Shown here: positions 58,486 to 64,000 of the stretch, one piece after another
How the letters are laid out: each line of letters starts with the position of its first letter
Numbering within the stretch: the stretch's first letter is position 1
Assembly (NCBI GenBank): GCA_051294375.1
Contig: CM119265.1
Location: 20,031,087-20,095,086 of the forward strand
Length of the DNA: 64,000 bases
Direction: 5' to 3'
DNA from: Paraspadella gotoi
Taxonomy: Eukaryota; Animalia; Chaetognatha
Position numbers and translations under genes: made by a program
Notes under the pieces: model-generated
Told to the model about the DNA's origin: nothing
The model's input: the letters and a program-made list of their open reading frames with translations, nothing else
Databases searched by the model: none

Positions 58486-59230
58486 TATGGCAACAGCCGG
58501 GTTGCCTGTGATGCCCATTGGGATGGGGCATCTCACTGTTGGCTTTTGGGTCTTCCGACCCTCAGTGACGCCTCCAGTCACTGGCACGGTTACCCTAGGA
58601 CGGTCTCGCTTTGCCAACGCAGAGGGAAGTCGTTAGGACTGTGGATGGAACACTACGCCTGGGATGGTGTGTTCCCCCTCTGAGCCAATGGATTTGGCTG
58701 ACGGATGGTGGACGTGAGGCGGTGTGAATATACCGCCACAGGATCCCCGGACCAAGACATCACTCAGGTTCCTCAAGCCTGAGAGGTGTCTGACAAGACT
58801 GTCACCATAGTGGGAGAGAGAGAGAGAGCGCGAGTTGTGGGGGCATAGGCGTTTGTCGTAGCGTACCCCAGGGGCATAGGCGTTTGTCGTAGCGTACCCG
58901 AAGTCGGCAGGGCATAGGCGTTTTGTCGTAGCGTACCCTGAGAAGGTTGCGTGTTCGATGGTAGGGCTCACCACTTATGGCAACAGCCGGGTTGCCTGTG
59001 ATGCCCATTGGGATGGGGCATCTCACTGTTGGCTTTGGGGGCTTCCGACCCTCAGTGACGCCTCCAGTCACTGGCACGGTTACCCTAGGACGGTCTCGCT
59101 TTGCCAACGCAGAGGGAAGTCGTTAGGACTGTGGATGGAACACTACGCCTGGGATGGTGTGTTCCCCCTCTGAGCCAATGGATTTGGCTGACGGATGGTG
59201 GACGTGAGGCGGTGTGAATATACCGCCACA
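58486..59230 (-). mobile_element. Miniature non-autonomous LTR element (TRIM-like) E2: LTRs 58486-58740 and 58976-59230 (255 bp), internal 235 bp, TSD GTAC
   Basis: The LTRs differ at only 2 positions that I could see. GTAC at 58482-58485 and 59231-59234. Termini TGTGGC...GCCATA on the - strand. tRNA-Trp PBS 2 nt inside the right LTR. Inserted within the MITE TIR. Confidence 0.88.
58941..58973 (-). other. Bipartite primer-binding site complementary to tRNA-Trp (E2)
   Basis: + strand AGAAGGTTGCGTGTTCGA (tRNA-Trp variable loop and T arm) + TGGTA + GGGCTCACCA (acceptor end with CCA). Confidence 0.8.
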
Positions 59231-61360
59231 GTACCCCTTTTTTGTGACCAGAATCGGTTCCCACCAAACTACCGGATCGAATTTCAGGAAATTTTACATT
59301 TAGAGTCTTAATGACGATATAAATGGAACTATCGAGGCGAATTTTAATATTCAACCCCTGACAAGAGATACAGGGCCCTGGGGGTGGACCCCTGGGGGAC
59401 CAAAAAAATCTAATTTTTTTTTTCATTTTTTATAATTTTTTAGTAGAATCAGGTTCGTCGATGTTTTAAACATTTAAAAATATTTTTTAAAACTAAAATT
59501 AAAAAAAATTTTGCTAATTAAAGTTTTGAAGATGCATGGTTCATCGTTTTTTTCGAAATTTTCCAGAATTATTCCAAATCTGACTTGAACAGCTGATGTT
59601 CATGAAGCTGAAACTTATGGTAAACTAATATTTTTGTGGAAATAAATACATTTTTGTGGAAGAGTAAACGTCTGGGCAACTGTTCAAAACAAAAAAAAAA
59701 TTAAAAACAAATTTTGACCATTTTCTGCCCCCATGAGTGGCCCCATATCTCGGCTCAGGGGTCAAATATTGAAATTTGCCTCGATATTTCGATTTGTATT
59801 CTCATAGGGATCGTTCATACCAAATTTCATTAAAATCTATTCAATAGTTTTCTCGGAACGTGTTCTGATCACAAAGGGGTACCACATTTTATAATATGAA
59901 GCCTTCTGTATACCCCGCACCCTACCGCCCTCATCAAAACTCCACCAGATGCAGCTTAACCCGGAAACGGGCGACTACGACGAATACTGTTTTTGTTCGA
60001 CGTCGCTTTGCAACGCCTCTCCCCCGACGCCGCGCCTCCTTCACGTCGCCGCGGCGTCGGCCGGCGTCGTCGTCGGCCTCCTCCGTTTCCGGCGACGATG
60101 AAGAAAAAAAAAAAAAAAACTACGGGAAATGAAACTCGGCGTGGGGCGGAAATAAGCGAAAGGGCGGCCGACGAGAGGAAGAGAGTAAGGGTGTTTAGAG
60201 AGAAGGGTTGGGAGGGGGATCGCCGAGGGGGAAATGGAAAGGTGAGTGAAGCGGCCAACGGCGGATGGGAAAACAATTTCATGAGTCGCTTAAAAAAAAA
60301 AGTGCTTCGGGCGTAGGAGGTTCCTAGAAAAACGTGCAGATTGGAAACGGCTAATAAAATCTAGTAACCCCCCCTCTTCAAACATTCCCGCCTTTCGACA
60401 ACGACGTATTACTATTTAAATTGTTCGCAAACCGCTCACTCAACCCCCTAGTCATGTTTTGCACCCACTTTCCCCTTTTTCTTTGCACCAAGCGAGCTCT
60501 TTAAGGGGGTAGGGATTAAAATAATGGCTTGGGGATTTTTTTTTATTGCGAATGAGTTATAGGCACCGAGGAAAAACGGTTATTAGGAGAGGCATTAATA
60601 ATATTTTAATTATTTTTTAAAAGAACGGTTTGATACTAAAAGATGTAGAACGTTAACTCGAAAGTTTCTCTCCCCCCAGCTCGGTTTTTTTTTCTCTTTT
60701 TTTCGTAATTTCAGTGCTATCGTTTATAAAAAAAATTAGCTGACTAATTAAACGATTGTAAATAAATTGAATTGATTATTTAAATGTGGATTCTTTAAAA
60801 GGCAAGTGAGCTTTCAAAGTAGGTTACATCTTCAAATTCAGCATATTAAAGAAAAACTTTGGGTTTCTGCGGATTAAAATTACCACCCATTAGTTTTTAC
60901 CGGGATATTATAACTAAAGATTTCCCCCTTCATGTTTCACTCCGTCCTTTATTAGAATTCACCAACTACTAATTCGTGGGAAAAGTGTCGTCTCTCTGTG
61001 AGCTAAGGTTATTCGGATAACATTTAAATGAGGCTTTCTTTATCAATTTGTCTCTTACATGTGATAATTTATTAAATGGCGATTCTTCTTTCGTTCAATT
61101 TTTATTTTAATTTTACTACCCGTAGCTCAGTAATTGTCTAAATAGCTAGTAAATTTTATGTTTCAGATACGCATTTGCCCCTTGTTTACGCAATACGCAT
61201 CCTGTCTTCTTGCAAAATACAAAAGAGGTATTTAAGGATAAACGATTTAATGAAGAGGAAAATCAGATTAGGAGCAATGTTAAAACACAAAGCGTCCAGT
61301 TCAAAATACATGACACATCGGAAAAGTGAAAAAGATCATGACAATTCAAATTCAAAGTAT

Positions 61361-63932
61361 TTAGTCTTCGTCGTCGTTTTCTAAGAAATCGTTTTGCCTC
61401 TCCTCTTCCCTTTCGTCGGCTTCTTCGTCATCGTCTTTGGCCAGGTTCTTTCCATCTCCCGCAGAGACTCTGTCGCTGTCGTTTTTGACATCCGCTACAT
61501 CGGTGACGCTTTTGGCATCTTCTCCCTCCTGTGGAAAGCGGTAGACTTACTATAAGCGAGTTAAAGTTAATTGAATTAATGCGAAGCAAAAACTTTTTTA
61601 AAGATGCCTTCAGAATGGCATAAAAAATAAACGGCAATATTGTCAACCAGCATAAGTCTATTATCCGAAAGGATTTTGTTTGGTAAGAATAAAAGCGTCA
61701 TGGTGAAAGAACATTAGTCACTGAGGTCTGCCATCACAGCTTCTTTCCCAACGTCGAGAATTGCCAGGGTATGACTTATTCAAAGACGACGACGACAACG
61801 ACGACGACAAAGCCATCGCTGAGGACTTATGGAGGATTTAGAATAATTGAAAATGGCTTAAGTAGATCGGTTCATTTTGCCCGGATAATTAATAGGAGAA
61901 TCTATTTTATCCCTCAGTATTATTCATTAAAATGCAAAACGCATCAAATTTATCTCCGTTCACAGATTCGTCCTTCTCAAATCAAAGCCAATTCCCCCCA
62001 ATCTTTTCGTTCGACTCACCCCCTCCACGAGGTATTTCCTCCATTTGTCCAACCGGGCTTCCCTCTCTTCTTCTGTCTCCTGCACGTCGTATTTCGTCCG
62101 GCCGTCCCAGCATTCGGCCGAGATTTTCCGGCCTTGGCGCAAACGTCCGTGCAGCGCGGCGATGCAAGCGTCAGAGTGCTCGGCCTCGGCGAAGATCACC
62201 GAGATCGCGCCCTCTATGTTAGTTAAGGGAGAAAGTGGCGGGTGTCGTGGTTTAATAACGTACGAAAATAGGAAATTAAACAATACGTGTCAACCGTCAG
62301 AAACTCACCGGGATTCCTGTCGTGCACCACAACTTTCTTGACGTCCCCGAACTGTGCGCAGTCTGCCTTGACGGCGTCGCGCAAAACGTTGATCTTCGTG
62401 GGGTCGACTTCGAAGTCGCTCGCGTCGAAGACGTTCTTGAGGATGGTCGTCTTCTCCCGCTTGGCTCGTTGGCCACGCCCTTTCTCTAGTCGCCACTCCA
62501 GCAACTTCTCTTGTTGGTTCTTTTTCGCTTTGCGGTTGTTGCGCTTCTTTTTTCGCAGGGCCGGGTTGAATTCTCCCTTCATTTGGAACGTAGCCTGCTC
62601 CACTTTCACCGTTTTTCCTGATGTGGAAATCGTGGGGGAAGGATTTATTTAGAAGTGAATAAAAAAGCGAGAAAAAATCCGCACGAAAGAATAAAAATTG
62701 GAAAATATTCTGCGGTTGAATGGGCTTAATTTTCCGCGAAGCGCTCGCAACAAAAAAGAGAAAAACATGGAGCGAGAGAAAAGTCCAACGATGCGACGAC
62801 AAAGAATATTTTGAGTTTACAACAATTTCGGACTGAAATGTCTCGAAGGGTTCTAAAAATCTTTAATATTCTGGTTATATGAGTTGTTCAGAGGAACAGA
62901 CGGCCATCAAAAACTCTCTAAATATGAGAGCGTTATAAATTGCCTATAACAGGCTAGATAATGTTTCGGGTAAGCTTCTTTGTGTAATCGACTTTCGAAA
63001 GGAAAGAACTAAATAGTAAACTTTGAATATGGCCACGTGACTTATTTTATCTTAGCTCACAAACATGTTTGAATTTATGAATTAACGAATTTAGATTTTA
63101 ATCCTCAATTCATTTCTAGTTACTTCAATTTAAGTTAAATTTTAAACACGCAAAATTTATGCTAAAAGAAAAAAAAACTGCAATGTTGAAAAAAAGTGCT
63201 TTTAAAAATGTACTGCAATATGCAAATTAGATTTTTCAAATTCCGTACTCAATTTACAAAAAGTAACAATAACTCCTTAACTTGTTTCCTATATTTTTGT
63301 CATTATATATTTAAACGCAAAAGTTGACGTTATAAAGACCTTTGACGCAATTCCGTCTTTTTTACCAAATTCTGTTTTCTTTCGATAGAAACAAAGGAAA
63401 AAGAAAGCAATAGCCGCAAAGTTTTAGTTCTAACCGTTCAAGAGATATCCGTCAAGAATCTGCTCTGCAAGTTGGACGGATTCGTATTTGAGATAACAGC
63501 ATCGACCGTCGCCTTTGTTGTTGCCGGATTCGTCGACGTAGAGTTTGATCTTGGGCTGACGGGTCGTCTCGTCGGTCATAATGATTCCCACCTGAAATAC
63601 AAAAAAAAAAGAATTAATTCGGGTCTTTTCTTGGAATGCGAATTAATTGCTCTTCCTCGTTAGGTAGATGTGATGGAATAAAAAAAAATGGTAAGCAGAG
63701 GTTATATGAAGATTGATGAGGCGCGAATTTGTTCTTTTTTTCTTTTGCCTTTTTTTTAAATTTTCATTTTGGCTTTCCCCCCCCCAACTAAAACTAATTT
63801 TGTTTACAGAAAACAAATATTCAACTAACATTCAATCGTTGCAGTTCACCTTCGACATGAACTCCTTGAACTCGTCCATCGTGATATCGAGGGGAAGGTT
63901 CGAGACGTAAACGTTCGTATTCTTCTTCGCGT
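61361..63932 (-). CDS. HTATSF1: HIV Tat-specific factor 1 / Cus2 homolog (U2 snRNP factor, RRM plus UHM), 5'-partial; exons 63932-63850, 63591-63435, 62617-62309, 62213-62020, 61528-61361
   Basis: KNTNVYVSNLPLDITMDEFKEFMSK, GIIMTDETTRQPKIKLYVDESGNNKGDGRCCYLKYESVQLAEQILDG, KVEQATFQMKGEFNP, CAQFGDVKKVVVHDRNPEG, WDGRTKYDVQETEEEREARLDKW, then an acidic tail. GT-AG introns with compatible phases. Confidence 0.95.
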
Positions 63933-64000
63933 CTGAAACAAAAACAGAAATGATTTGAGTTATGGCGACGGCTGGCCCTGGCGAAGACCCCCCGCCACCC

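Larger units (their letters stand above)
58456..59908. mobile_element. MITE (Tc1/mariner-type non-autonomous DNA transposon, ~700 bp without the nested insert)
   Basis: TA|CAGAAGGCTTCATTTTATAAAATGAGGTAC[insert]CCCTTTTTTTGTGACCAGAA ... TTCTGATCACAAAGGGGTACCACATTTTATAATATGAAGCCTTCTG|TA: TIR of 50 bp or more, TA TSD (58454-55, 59909-10), and further degenerate inverted similarity inside (59330-59361 vs 59755-59788). Confidence 0.85.

Noticed and set aside
58515-58530. Twister-like UCCCAA loop on the - strand
   Set aside because: Lacks the following GC for pseudoknot T2 and the UAA/GAG internal loop.
58477-58683. Shared DAHWDGA peptide in E1 and E2 ORFs
   Set aside because: Explained by the conserved RNA stem-loop; the ORFs are short, start outside the LTR and differ elsewhere.
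61117-61152. TACCCGTAG miR-100/51-like seed
   Set aside because: The seed is unpaired in the local fold and there is no star arm.

Overview
Eukaryotic (bilaterian invertebrate-like) genomic DNA: AT-rich introns, GT-AG spliced genes and many (GA)n microsatellites. Genes in order: the 3' end of an unidentified gene, a complete 6-exon SURF4, a miR-92 hairpin (- strand, long loop), tRNA-Lys(CTT), a ~1,660-aa low-complexity/coiled-coil gene (- strand), synaptotagmin-14/16 (- strand) and most of HTATSF1/Tat-SF1 (- strand). Two 25-N gaps each sit at the centre of a large duplication (about 6.8 kb direct, about 8.2 kb inverted), most likely uncollapsed haplotypes or gap-filling artefacts. The most unusual signal is two sequence-dissimilar, non-coding ~0.7-kb miniature LTR elements (17065-17767 and 58486-59230). 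They share one architecture: hairpin-rich LTRs, an extended ~33-nt tRNA-Trp primer-binding segment, a similar hairpin next to the PBS, a covarying stem with the same 9-nt loop, and no evident polypurine tract. One is nested in a TA-flanked MITE with a 4-bp TSD. The other is truncated at one end and flanked by a 39-bp target duplication. All identifications are by eye and from remembered reference sequences; no searches were run.
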